From an uncultured bacterium (GTDB taxonomy: Bacteria > Nitrospirota > Nitrospiria > Nitrospirales > Nitrospiraceae), in the NCBI GenBank assembly GCA_965233175.1, contig CBDDRW010000099.1:1121-65120 (forward strand): a stretch of DNA of 64,000 bases, written 5' to 3'. The number at the start of each line of letters is the position of its first letter. Position 1 is the first letter of the stretch. Positions 27,290 to 36,746 of the stretch are shown in pieces. The position numbers were made by a program, and so were the translations under genes. The notes under the pieces were generated by a model. The model was not told the DNA's origin, searched no databases, and saw only the letters and a list, made by a program, of their open reading frames with translations.

Positions 27290-27366
27290 AACAATATGTT
27301 CAAATTTGTGACTCTGCGGGCTAAGTCCTCGCTTCATTGTGTTCAAATTTGTTGGAGGTGATCCCC

Positions 27367-28053
27367 ATGAGCAACGAAATTAGGCAGGAATCCAGACAGA
27401 TCGCATTTTATGAAGGGGAGTTTTTGGTTAAGGCGCTCGAAAGCGAGGAGGAGTTACGGCAGGCTTACCATCTTCGACATCGAGTCTTCGCCGAGAAGCT
27501 CAGATGGGTGCCGGAGACAAATGACCAGCTTGAGTCCGACATCTATGATGCGTGGAGTACCTCGATTGGCCTTTTCTCTAACCAACAATTGTTCGGGATG
27601 GTAAGGATGACACCAGCCCCGTTCCCATTTATGCTAGAAAGCGAGTTCAGCGGATGCCTGGTTGGGTCACATCGCGTTCGTAAGAATCTCGATACTGCCG
27701 AAATTACCCGCCTAGCTGTAGATCCGGCAATTGCCGACCGCGGTCTTTCCGCAAGGCTGATGCGGACAATTTTCAAGGGCATGTATCAATGGACCCTCGC
27801 GAATCATATTCGGTATACCTACCTGGTGGTTGAGAATAGACTGCTACGTGCGGTGCAGCGAATAGGCTGGCCCTGTCATGCGATCGGTGCTCCCGTCGCC
27901 CTTCCTCCAGCGGATGTGCTCTCGGTTGGAGCACTCCTCGATCTCGACGAGTTTCGCTCAGATGCAGCAGCTAAGCGTCCCGGGATGCTGGACTGGCTGA
28001 ATGCCACGGAGCCAGTCACGACGGAAACCATGGCAAACGCTTGGGACGCGTGA
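27367..28053 (+). CDS. luxI: Acyl-homoserine-lactone synthase (LuxI family)
   Basis: LRHRVFAEKLRW...ESDIYD...GMVRMTP...FMLESEF...EITRLAV match conserved LuxI blocks. GGAGG SD upstream of the ATG. Confidence 0.85.
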   Translation: MSNEIRQESRQIAFYEGEFLVKALESEEELRQAYHLRHRVFAEKLRWVPETNDQLESDIYDAWSTSIGLFSNQQLFGMVRMTPAPFPFMLESEFSGCLVGSHRVRKNLDTAEITRLAVDPAIADRGLSARLMRTIFKGMYQWTLANHIRYTYLVVENRLLRAVQRIGWPCHAIGAPVALPPADVLSVGALLDLDEFRSDAAAKRPGMLDWLNATEPVTTETMANAWDA

Positions 28054-28117
28054 TCATTTTTGAATTGAGATGAGAAGCGCTCCCGACATAGCGAACGAAA
28101 TCGTTGGAGAGAGATGG

Positions 28118-28933
28118 CTAGCTTGCGCTTGGAAGGCCATGCAGGACGGGAAGCCCATGTTCCATAGCTTGGGCAACTGCCTGTGAGCGGGAAGTCACAT
28201 CAAGCTTAGAGAAAATGCTCGCAAGATGGAATCGCACCGTTCGCTCTGTGACCCCAAGAATCTGACCGACTTCCCAGTTCGTCTTGCCATTCTTAATCCA
28301 ATTCAGGATGGTCACTTCGCGTGGGGACAGTTCTTTCACGCACTTTTCTGTCGCAGGAGCATCCTTCCGGGCTGTTCTCAACAGGGCAAGATGGAGATGG
28401 TGACCGAGATACTCTATGAGTTGAGCATACCGTTCAGCGTTCACCTCTTCTTCTCCTGCAAAGGAGAAAAACGTGGCGAGACCGCAGGCCGGGTCGATTG
28501 AACTGGTGGTGATCCCATCGGCCAGGCCAAATCCCCTGGCGGTTTCGATAAATTCTATCTCCTCGTCGGAGGTTGCTCGCTGGTAAGTCTGTCTCCAGAT
28601 CTGGGTACCGGAATATTGAGAGGCCGCTCGGAACACGGGGTCAACGCCGGCATACCCATTCTTCCAGTAGAGGTAGAGCCATTCGTCCGGATAGCTCACA
28701 TTGACGACATTCGTGAAGCCTTCAAATTTTCCACTAGGACTCAGGCGCGCCAGCCCACCAAGGAGACGGTTGAACGGAAACAGCTCTTGAAACCGAATCA
28801 TTGCGTCTCGCACATCATCCGCGGTCTCCGATTGAGCGGCGTAGTGAAAGACTTCTAACGCATGTTGACATTCCTGTTTTGAGAAATCGTCGAAGAGCTG
28901 ACTTGGAAGAGGGTACTTGAAACTTAGTGCCAT
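28118..28933 (-). CDS. luxR: LuxR-family AHL-responsive transcription regulator
   Basis: N-terminal autoinducer-binding-like domain (W..Y...D.VF..A) plus C-terminal HTH LSPREVTILNWIKNGKTNWEVGQILGVTERTVRFH. Confidence 0.88.
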   Translation of the reverse strand: MALSFKYPLPSQLFDDFSKQECQHALEVFHYAAQSETADDVRDAMIRFQELFPFNRLLGGLARLSPSGKFEGFTNVVNVSYPDEWLYLYWKNGYAGVDPVFRAASQYSGTQIWRQTYQRATSDEEIEFIETARGFGLADGITTSSIDPACGLATFFSFAGEEEVNAERYAQLIEYLGHHLHLALLRTARKDAPATEKCVKELSPREVTILNWIKNGKTNWEVGQILGVTERTVRFHLASIFSKLDVTSRSQAVAQAMEHGLPVLHGLPSAS

Positions 28934-29106
28934 GATAATCTCCTACTCAATGAGGAGGACTAGCGACGGCGCGTAGTATACACTGGTCGTTCGTCAGATT
29001 GAACATCTATTTTTTCATTCTTGAGTAAGGCCAAAAAGCCCTATCGAGGTTCTCTATTTTTACAGATAACATCACCTCTCTTTCTTCCTAAGGAGCATGA
29101 GCGTCT

Positions 29107-30462
29107 ATGAACTTGGTATTGTGCTCTGCGTTCCTCATGGTGGTTCTTTTCCTCCCATCAAATACTTTCGCACAAGCTATCCGATTTCAACCGCAAGGAG
29201 CGGCTGCGAACGGTCAAGGAAATGCCTTTGCTGCTCAGGCGGACGACGCCTCGGCGATCCACTTTAATCCGGCTGGATTGACTCAGGTAGAGGGCGTCCA
29301 GAGTATTGTTGGTTCGACTCTCATGGGAGGGTCGATCAAATACAAGAGCCCGGCCGGTGGCGATACACGAGGTGACTTTGGTGGGAGCATCATCTCTCCA
29401 CCTCCAAGCCATTTCTACATGAGTGCCAATCTTGGAGCCCTTGGTGCATCGACATTTTCACCCGTGACAGTGGGGATCGGTCTTACTTCGCCATTTGGTT
29501 CGAACACCCGCTATCCTGTCGATGGTCCCTTCAATTCTTCTGTCACCTATTCAACGCTTCCGCTCATCGACATCAAACCAACCGTGGCCTTTAAACTTCA
29601 TGATCAGTTGGCTATCGGGGTCAGCGCAGACATTTATACCTTTGCAAGTTTTCTCGGTGAGGGCCATGTTGAGCAGCGACTCGTATGGCCAGGCGGTTTG
29701 GGTATTCCGCCAGGTTCCTTCATGGAGTTCAGTGGAAACGGGACGGCAGCAGGATTTACCGCGAGCATGCTGTATACACCGCTGCGTAATGCGGAGGGCA
29801 AGCCGATCGCCTCGGTGGGGCTTGTCTATACTAGTCAAGCGGTTCTGCCTCTCAACGGAACCTTCTTTGCCAATGGGACGAAGGTGGCCGATGCCTCCAC
29901 AACGCTCGTGTTACCGCAAATCTATAGAGGAGGGATGGCCGTGTGGCCAGTGCGGGATCGGGAACATGAATGGAAATTGGAGGTCGATGTCGAGTATGTC
30001 GGCTGGAAGTCCGTCAGGAACTTTGATCTTCACCTGTCCAACGGTGCCGTGCTCCCGCAACCGCAACAGTGGAAGACTGTGCCCGTCGTGGCTATCGGCA
30101 CCGAATTCAAATGGCTGAACCCCGCGTGGTTGCCGCACTGGAATGTGGCCATCCGATCAGGCTACACACGAACTGAGGACCCTGTCCCTGACACGACGTT
30201 CAACCCAGGGGTGATTTCTTTATCGTCCAACGCGCTGTCCTTAGGAGCTGGGTTTTTGTGCAAAGATCAGGGCCGATTTTTTGGAATAGTGGCCTGCAGC
30301 GGGGTATCCGCGCTTTGGCCAAAGGGGATTGGACTCGATGTGGCATTCCAGGAATGGTTCTATGAGTCACGGGCGGTTGATGGGAACCTCAACCCCACCG
30401 TAGACGGGTCCTACCATGCCTATGTGCATTTGGGAACCGTCAGCGCCAAATTCATATTTTAG
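29107..30462 (+). CDS. Outer-membrane hydrophobic-compound channel (FadL/OmpP1/TodX family)
   Basis: Signal peptide; GQGNAFAAQADDASAIHFNPAGL N-terminal hatch motif; C-terminal Phe. Confidence 0.82.
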   Translation: MNLVLCSAFLMVVLFLPSNTFAQAIRFQPQGAAANGQGNAFAAQADDASAIHFNPAGLTQVEGVQSIVGSTLMGGSIKYKSPAGGDTRGDFGGSIISPPPSHFYMSANLGALGASTFSPVTVGIGLTSPFGSNTRYPVDGPFNSSVTYSTLPLIDIKPTVAFKLHDQLAIGVSADIYTFASFLGEGHVEQRLVWPGGLGIPPGSFMEFSGNGTAAGFTASMLYTPLRNAEGKPIASVGLVYTSQAVLPLNGTFFANGTKVADASTTLVLPQIYRGGMAVWPVRDREHEWKLEVDVEYVGWKSVRNFDLHLSNGAVLPQPQQWKTVPVVAIGTEFKWLNPAWLPHWNVAIRSGYTRTEDPVPDTTFNPGVISLSSNALSLGAGFLCKDQGRFFGIVACSGVSALWPKGIGLDVAFQEWFYESRAVDGNLNPTVDGSYHAYVHLGTVSAKFIF

Positions 30463-30512
30463 TAGACTGCTAGGACACGACCGGTCAATCCTGACACTCT
30501 GCACACTACACT

Positions 30513-30538
30513 GCGCATGTTCGGAATCGAACATGCGC
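30513..30538. terminator. Perfect 11-bp stem with 4-nt loop between convergent genes
   Basis: GCGCATGTTCG-GAAT-CGAACATGCGC lies between the FadL-like stop (30462) and the uvrC stop (30552). Confidence 0.5.
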
Positions 30539-30551
30539 GGAATCATCACAT

Positions 30552-32378
30552 TCAACTGCGAGACGGATTCGTGTCCGAGATAGTTTTTCGTATTTCCAAG
30601 ACGGTCTCGGCATCGAAACCGAAAGCCGCCAATTCGTCGTCCGTGGCGGCAGCAACATTCGTCAGACTGCCATATTGTTTGAGCAAGCGGGCCCGTGTGA
30701 TTTTGCCGATGCCCCTGACCTGATCGAGCGACGAGGCGATCAAGGCCTTGCCACGTAGCTTGCGATGAAAGGTGATCGCAAATCGATGTGCCTCATCGCG
30801 AATCCGTTGCATGAGATGGGTGGCCGGGGAGTTCGCCCGAAGCACAATAGGATTTTTTCGCCCTGGGATAAAGATCCGCTCCTCTTTGTCACCTTTGGCC
30901 TTGGCTAAGCCGATGATGGCCAAATCTGGTTGACCAGCCTGTTTCAGTGCCTCGATCGCAGCAGACAGCTGTCCCAGCCCTCCATCGATCAGCACAAGGT
31001 CCGGTTTAGTGAGGTGTTCGCTGTCGCGATAACGCCGCATGACGACTTCCTGCATACTGGCAAAATCATTGGTCCCAGTCACAGTTTGAATTTTGAACCG
31101 GCGGTAGTCGGCTTTCTTCATCTGCCCGTCTTCCCATACGACCATGGACGCAACGGACTGATTACCCATAGTGTTCGAAATGTCGAATCCCTCAATGCGG
31201 CGAGGCGCGATATCCAGGCGTACGAGCCGCTTGAGTTCTTCAACAGCCTGCCGTCCGATTTCTTCGTCTCGCAAATGATTGGCGACAGCGGCGCCGGCGT
31301 TCTCTTCCGCCAGAAGAAGTAATTGGTGCTTCACGCCTCGCTCGGGTGCCACGACGCGGACGGCGGCTCCTCGTTTACCTGAAAGCCACTCTTCGATCAC
31401 CCTGGCATCGTCGAGATCGACTGGGATAAGCAATTCTTTGGGCGGTTGGCCATCTTTGTTGTAGAACTGCTCGATCGCTGACCGAACAAGTTCCTCGTCG
31501 CCGGCATCGGCTGAATGGGGCCAGAAGAAGTCTTTCCGTCCGATCAACAGACCGCCTCGTACAAAAAGGATCTGGAGATCGACCGCCGACCCTTGCCGTG
31601 CCAGTCCGATCACGTCTTGGTCTGTCGTCGTCGTCTGGGTGATGCGTTGCTTCTCAAGCGTACGTTCGATGTTGAACAGTCGATCGCGTAAGCGCGCCGC
31701 CTCCTCGAAATCCTCACGCTCCGCCGCCGCTTCCATCTGTGTCCTCATGTCGTCCAGCAGTTCTCGGTCGCGCCCTTCCAAAAACTGTCGGACCTGCGCG
31801 ACGATATGATGGTAGTCCTCTTTCGATTGATTGCCGGTGCAGGGCGCCATGCACCGTTTGATCTCGAATTCGATACAGGCCCGTTCCGCCTTGCCGTCTA
31901 TGAGGATCGTGCAAGTGGCCAACGGGAAGGTTTTCTTGATGACTTTCAATGTCTCTCGCAAGGCTCCTGCCGGGGTGTAAGGCCCATAATACAGTGCGCC
32001 GTCTTGTTGCACGCGGCGAACGATCGAGAGGCGGGGGAAATCTTCTTTGATCGGCAGGCGAAGATAGGGGTATTGCTTATCGTCCCGTAAGACCACGTTG
32101 AAACGGGGCCGATGCCGTTTAATCAGATTGCTTTCAAGGATGAGCGCTTCGAGTTCCGATCGGGTGACGATCGTTTCGATATCCGCAATGTGACTGGCTA
32201 GGACGGTGGTCTTCGGAGAGTGATCAGTCCCTTTTTGAAAATAAGATCGCACTCGATTGGATAGAACTGCGGCTTTCCCGATGTAGAGCAATTCACCCTG
32301 TCCATCCCTGAACAGATAGGCCCCAGGCTGGTCTGGCAGATGGTCAAGTTTGGATTGAAGATCGGCAGAGAGAGCCAT
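30552..32378 (-). CDS. uvrC: Excinuclease ABC subunit C
   Basis: GIY-YIG N-terminus (PGAYLFRD...LYIGKA), UvrBC motif, C-terminal (HhH)2. The Met at 32378 has a GAGG SD. Confidence 0.95.
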   Translation of the reverse strand: MALSADLQSKLDHLPDQPGAYLFRDGQGELLYIGKAAVLSNRVRSYFQKGTDHSPKTTVLASHIADIETIVTRSELEALILESNLIKRHRPRFNVVLRDDKQYPYLRLPIKEDFPRLSIVRRVQQDGALYYGPYTPAGALRETLKVIKKTFPLATCTILIDGKAERACIEFEIKRCMAPCTGNQSKEDYHHIVAQVRQFLEGRDRELLDDMRTQMEAAAEREDFEEAARLRDRLFNIERTLEKQRITQTTTTDQDVIGLARQGSAVDLQILFVRGGLLIGRKDFFWPHSADAGDEELVRSAIEQFYNKDGQPPKELLIPVDLDDARVIEEWLSGKRGAAVRVVAPERGVKHQLLLLAEENAGAAVANHLRDEEIGRQAVEELKRLVRLDIAPRRIEGFDISNTMGNQSVASMVVWEDGQMKKADYRRFKIQTVTGTNDFASMQEVVMRRYRDSEHLTKPDLVLIDGGLGQLSAAIEALKQAGQPDLAIIGLAKAKGDKEERIFIPGRKNPIVLRANSPATHLMQRIRDEAHRFAITFHRKLRGKALIASSLDQVRGIGKITRARLLKQYGSLTNVAAATDDELAAFGFDAETVLEIRKTISDTNPSRS

Positions 32379-32502
32379 CGGGTTACCTCGCTTCCGCAAT
32401 CAGCAAGAGAAGAGCGCGTGCCTGGTACCATTCTAAAGCTCGAGGCACTCTAGGGCAACCAGGTTGCAGGACTGACGCGAGAGTTGACGGCTGATGGCCC
32501 GC

Positions 32503-33372
32503 TCAGCGCAAACTACGCACGAAGGAGGGACTGAGACTTCCCTGCGCGACTTCCGCAACAGGCCCCTTCATGGTGAGACTAAAGTCTGCGGCGACCTCGA
32601 TGTGAAGACTACCTCCCGGCATCTTGACTGTGACGGGGCTCTTGACTAACCCGAGCCGGACGGCGGCGCTCGCGGCGGCGCAGGAGGAGGATCCGGAGGC
32701 CTGGGTTTCTCCAGCACCGCGCTCCCAGATCAGGATGAAGAGTTCTCTTGGGCCGGTCGGCACGGCCAGTTGCACGTTCGTTCGCTTTGGGAACAGGACG
32801 TGATGCTCTAATGCCGGTCCCAATCTCAGGAGATCCTCTCGGGACCAGGATTGCCCGACCGGTTTGAAGACGACACAGTGGGGATTACCGACGCTGACTC
32901 CGGTAAAGGTCAGGGATTGGCCTGCGGCATTGATAGGCTGTTCGATCAGTTCGCTGGCCGTGAGGGTGCAGGGAAGGGCGGCAGGCTGGAACGTCGCCCG
33001 GCCCATTTCGACGGTGATCAAACTCGCATCCCCATGCCTGTCTATATGCAGCGCAATCGTGACCAGTCCGCCTTTGGTCTCGACGGTGAAGCGCGTCTTT
33101 TTCGTCTTGCCGGTCGCGTGAAGATAGCGGGCAAAGATACGCAGCCCGTTGCCTGATTTTTCCGCCTCGCTACCGTCAGGGTTGAAGATCCTCAGGCCGA
33201 AGTCCGCTTTCTTTGACGGGACTAGCGCAAGGATCCCGTCGCTGCCGAGTCCCCAATGACGATCACAGACGGCGTTGATCCTCGACGGGGTGAGTGAGAA
33301 CGACAGTTCTTTGGAGTCCATCACCACATAGTCATTGCCCAGCCCATGCCCACGGAAGAATCCGTTCTTCAT
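32503..33372 (-). CDS. dapF: Diaminopimelate epimerase
   Basis: GLGNDYVV and GNPHCVVF motifs; catalytic-Cys context GSSSCAAA. Confidence 0.88.
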   Translation of the reverse strand: MKNGFFRGHGLGNDYVVMDSKELSFSLTPSRINAVCDRHWGLGSDGILALVPSKKADFGLRIFNPDGSEAEKSGNGLRIFARYLHATGKTKKTRFTVETKGGLVTIALHIDRHGDASLITVEMGRATFQPAALPCTLTASELIEQPINAAGQSLTFTGVSVGNPHCVVFKPVGQSWSREDLLRLGPALEHHVLFPKRTNVQLAVPTGPRELFILIWERGAGETQASGSSSCAAASAAVRLGLVKSPVTVKMPGGSLHIEVAADFSLTMKGPVAEVAQGSLSPSFVRSLR

Positions 33373-33541
33373 GCGCAGCTCCTTGAATAGAGAAAAACAG
33401 GGGATGAGATACCTAGCATGAACCGCGGGGGGAGGGAAAGAGGTACGCGACGTGTGACTTAGGAGACTGCGGAAAAACTCGATTTATACAAAAATGCCGT
33501 TGGAATCTTTTTCTTATGGCGCTGATGTTAAAACAGTTTCA

Positions 33542-33659
33542 GGATGCTCAAAAAGGCCGTTCAGCAAGGCCGCAGCGAGCGAAGAGGCGAGGCGTACGCT
33601 TCGGTACGTTGAGCCTCTGAGCGACGCGAGAACGCCGCTGGCGGACTTTTTCAGCATCC
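33542..33659. repeat. 118-bp imperfect-palindrome repeat element, copy 1
   Basis: GGATGCTCAAAAA...TTTTTCAGCATCC termini. About 90 percent identical by eye to 46019-46136. It ends 2 nt from the stop codon of the gene at 33662. Confidence 0.9.
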
Positions 33660-33661
33660 TG

Positions 33662-34060
33662 TTAGACGATCTTGACGTCTAATGGGCGCTCGATAAGTTC
33701 AACTTCGTATCCGTCCGGGGCATCAATGAAAATGAAGCGGCTGCCGGAGGATGTCCGCGTCGGGCCGTCTGTCACCTTGATACCTTTGGCATTGAGTGAC
33801 GCAATGGTGTCGTCGAGGTTCTCTACCTGAAACGCGAGATGGATGAGATCTTCCTGCACTGTGACTGGTCCGCTCGGCGGAAAACTGGTCAGCTCGATCA
33901 GTTCCTCGCTGTTGGGTACCTTGAGAAAGGCCAGGTGCGAACCACGCGGCGACGTCTTCCGCTCCAGCACCTCAAGCCCGAGCACATCCGTATAGAACTG
34001 GATCGTCTGTTCCATGTCGCTGACCCGCATGCGGGTGTGGAGAAGCTTTTTGACTTGCAT
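33662..34060 (-). CDS. VOC/glyoxalase I family protein
   Basis: HTRMRVSDMEQTIQFY...LAF...ELIE pattern of the glyoxalase fold. Confidence 0.8.
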   Translation of the reverse strand: MQVKKLLHTRMRVSDMEQTIQFYTDVLGLEVLERKTSPRGSHLAFLKVPNSEELIELTSFPPSGPVTVQEDLIHLAFQVENLDDTIASLNAKGIKVTDGPTRTSSGSRFIFIDAPDGYEVELIERPLDVKIV

Positions 34061-34070
34061 AGACTCCTTC

Positions 34071-34544
34071 TTACTTTCCCCTCACCGGGCCGCTGGTCTT
34101 GCGCAGCAGGATTTCGGCACTGCCAGGGATCAGAAAGTTCGGCATCGGGCCAACCTCCTGGTAGCCCTGTTTCTTGTAAAATTTCCGGCCCTGGTCGTTG
34201 AAGTCCGATACACAAGCGAACAAGTTCTTGACCCTCGCGAAGACGAGTGCTTCAACGTGGGCGAGCAATTGTCCACCGAGTCCCTTGCCTCTTGCCCAAT
34301 CCGCCACTCCAAACAGTTCCAAATAGTCACCGAGCAGGAATTTCTGGCGAACGATCGCGATGCCGGCCACGCTGCCGTCCTGTTCCGCGACAAAACTGTC
34401 ACGCCCCTGGGGTAGTGGTGTGAAATAGACCTCCCAATCTTTGGCTCGGTAGTCCAGACGTTTCCAAGGATCGGCGTCTGTTAATAATTCCACGACGGCG
34501 GCTCGATCGTCCGCCGCCATGGGCCGTATGATCGGCTGAGTCAT
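34071..34544 (-). CDS. GNAT family N-acetyltransferase
   Basis: Acetyl-CoA motif RGKGLGGQLLAHVE; 4-nt overlap with the upstream gene. Confidence 0.8.
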   Translation of the reverse strand: MTQPIIRPMAADDRAAVVELLTDADPWKRLDYRAKDWEVYFTPLPQGRDSFVAEQDGSVAGIAIVRQKFLLGDYLELFGVADWARGKGLGGQLLAHVEALVFARVKNLFACVSDFNDQGRKFYKKQGYQEVGPMPNFLIPGSAEILLRKTSGPVRGK

Positions 34545-35254
34545 GGCATTGCTTTGCCACAGGATAAGAGCTCGCTCACAGTCATAGGAGTAAGATTCCG
34601 ATCCGGCAAGAGATGTTGATGGAGATCTTGCACCACCTCATACGTATGTTGGCCCTTCCCGTTGGCATGCATCACGATCACGCTTCCCTTCCGGACAAAC
34701 CGCTTCAGGCGACTCTCGATTTGGATCGCCGTGAGCGTGGGGTCGGGATCGCCGGACACAACATTCCACAAAATGAATTGGAGGCCGAGTGCTCGGGCCA
34801 CATTGACCGTATCGTCGTTGAACTCTCCGTAGGGAGGACGAAACAGGGTCGCGTCATGTTGGTACTTGCTTTTGAGCAAGCGAACCGGTCCGAGCATTTC
34901 TTGCTCCTGCTCCACCGCCGAATGGAACGGCATGTGCACGTGGACCTCCCCATGGGTACCGACTTCAAAGAACGGAATCCGGAGGAGCGCCTTTACTTGT
35001 TCGTCGTGTTTGGTCATCCATTTCCCGGACATGAAGAAGGTGGCGGGAATCTTCTGCTCAATCAAATAGTCGATCAGCGCCTGATCGTAGCCCCCTCCCT
35101 TCTGCACCGGGCAGAGATCGAATGTCAACGCAACTCCTGGACAAGAGGGAGGGCCTGACTTGATCACTTGGGCCTGCGTGAAAGTAGGGATCGCTGGGAC
35201 CAGCAGCATGGTAATGACGAGGCCCAGCATCCCTGACGAGTGGCGTGATCGCAT
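34541..35254 (-). CDS. Polysaccharide deacetylase (NodB homology domain), secreted
   Basis: Signal peptide; ALTFDLCP and THGEVH metal/catalytic motifs. Confidence 0.8.
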   Translation of the reverse strand: MRSRHSSGMLGLVITMLLVPAIPTFTQAQVIKSGPPSCPGVALTFDLCPVQKGGGYDQALIDYLIEQKIPATFFMSGKWMTKHDEQVKALLRIPFFEVGTHGEVHVHMPFHSAVEQEQEMLGPVRLLKSKYQHDATLFRPPYGEFNDDTVNVARALGLQFILWNVVSGDPDPTLTAIQIESRLKRFVRKGSVIVMHANGKGQHTYEVVQDLHQHLLPDRNLTPMTVSELLSCGKAMP

Positions 35255-35500
35255 GGTGATGAGTATACCCGATCCGGAGGCTTCGGAAAAAACGATTGTA
35301 CGTTGAGGGTCTCGACGATGCGAGAACGACGCAGAGGAAAAGGTGCGTCCCTGGGCAAGGAGGCTGTCTTGGCAGACTCAGGGCGGGCGGGTGACATAGT
35401 CGCCAGGGTCGCAAGGGTGGGAAGGGAGACTTTTTCAGCAGCCTGTACGGAGGTGAGTCTGCCGTTGACGCTGGAATTCCCCTACTGTTACGGTGAAGCC

Positions 35501-36652
35501 ATGGCGTTGCCTAATTGGAAAATCGGCCGGGCGCTTGGCATCCCGATTCACCTGCATGCCTCCTGGTTTGCCGTATTCTTCTTTGTCACCTGGTCATTAG
35601 CAACAGGCTATTTACCCGACACACTGCCTGGTCTATCGGCACCACGCTATTGGGGAATGGGTGGTATTGCTGCCCTCCTGTTGTTTCTCTCTGTCCTTCT
35701 GCATGAACTAGGACATTCGTATGTGGCGCTGCGCTATCAGATCCCCATCAGACAGATTACCTTGTTCATTTTCGGGGGGATGGCGCACATGGGGAAGGAG
35801 CCTCCCAGTCCGCGGGCCGAGTTTTTGATCGCAATGGCGGGGCCACTCGTCAGCTTGATCCTGGGAGCCGTTTGTCTCGGCGGAGCCATGGCCATGGAGT
35901 CAATATTTTCACAACCAGGCATGAAAGGGCTCATCGTCCTTGGGAGTCTACTGGGAATGGTGAATATGCAGCTTGGACTGTTCAATCTGATCCCGGGGTT
36001 TCCGCTAGACGGAGGGCGGGTGTTACGGGCTGGCCTGTGGGCCCGAAACAAGGATTTTCATCGAGCCACCAGCCAGGCTGCATTTGCGGGAATAGGATTC
36101 GGTATCGCGCTCGGGTTGATCGGTGTGGTCTTGATTGGAGCAGCCTGGTCCGGGATTCTGAGTCAGTCCATCACGACGAACGGGGTTTGGCTCATGTGCA
36201 TTGGCACATTCCTCTTTGTCGCAGCCTTGACACACAAGCGGCAGACAGCCCCGCAGATGTTGTTGACGTCGGTGGCCGTCCGTGAAGTCATGGTCCAGCG
36301 CCTCGTGACCTTGCTGCCGGACATGAGTGTGCAGGACGCGGTCGATCAGTACTTTGTCGCGCAGGGATATGGCGAATTCGCTGTGTGCGAAGAGAGGCAG
36401 ATTCTGGGGGTGATCACAGTGCGAGACGTACAGGCGCTTCCTACGGCCCTCTGGTCATGGCGCCGCGTGCGCGAGATGATGCGCCCGATGTCACCGACGC
36501 TCTGCATCCCTCCGGATTGGTCCGTCATGCAGGCGATGGACCGCATGGCCCAAGCTGGCTTTGATTGTCTCGTGGTGATGGAGAACGGGGAGATGGTTGG
36601 CCTCATCACCCGGTCGGCTATCGCACAGTACGTACAGTTGCATAAAGCGTGA
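35501..36652 (+). CDS. Site-2 (M50) family metalloprotease with tandem CBS domains
   Basis: HELGHS and NLIPGFPLDGG motifs; C-terminal CBS pair. The Met at 35501 (MALPNWKIG) was chosen over the long N-terminal extension. Confidence 0.85.
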   Translation: MALPNWKIGRALGIPIHLHASWFAVFFFVTWSLATGYLPDTLPGLSAPRYWGMGGIAALLLFLSVLLHELGHSYVALRYQIPIRQITLFIFGGMAHMGKEPPSPRAEFLIAMAGPLVSLILGAVCLGGAMAMESIFSQPGMKGLIVLGSLLGMVNMQLGLFNLIPGFPLDGGRVLRAGLWARNKDFHRATSQAAFAGIGFGIALGLIGVVLIGAAWSGILSQSITTNGVWLMCIGTFLFVAALTHKRQTAPQMLLTSVAVREVMVQRLVTLLPDMSVQDAVDQYFVAQGYGEFAVCEERQILGVITVRDVQALPTALWSWRRVREMMRPMSPTLCIPPDWSVMQAMDRMAQAGFDCLVVMENGEMVGLITRSAIAQYVQLHKA

Positions 36653-36746
36653 GGCGTCAAAGGTGAAACGGACAAGGTGGGGGAAACCAGGAGGTTGAAC
36701 GGATTTGTCCTTTCACCTCTTACGTTTCACCTTTTACGCCGTACGC

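Noticed and set aside
33494-33682. Two ORFs, this one and 46031..46735, sharing the peptide RRTLRYVEPLSDART..LADFFSILL
   Set aside because: The shared peptide arises from translating the 118-bp repeat element. The flanking parts are unrelated and overlap real genes, so this is not a gene family.
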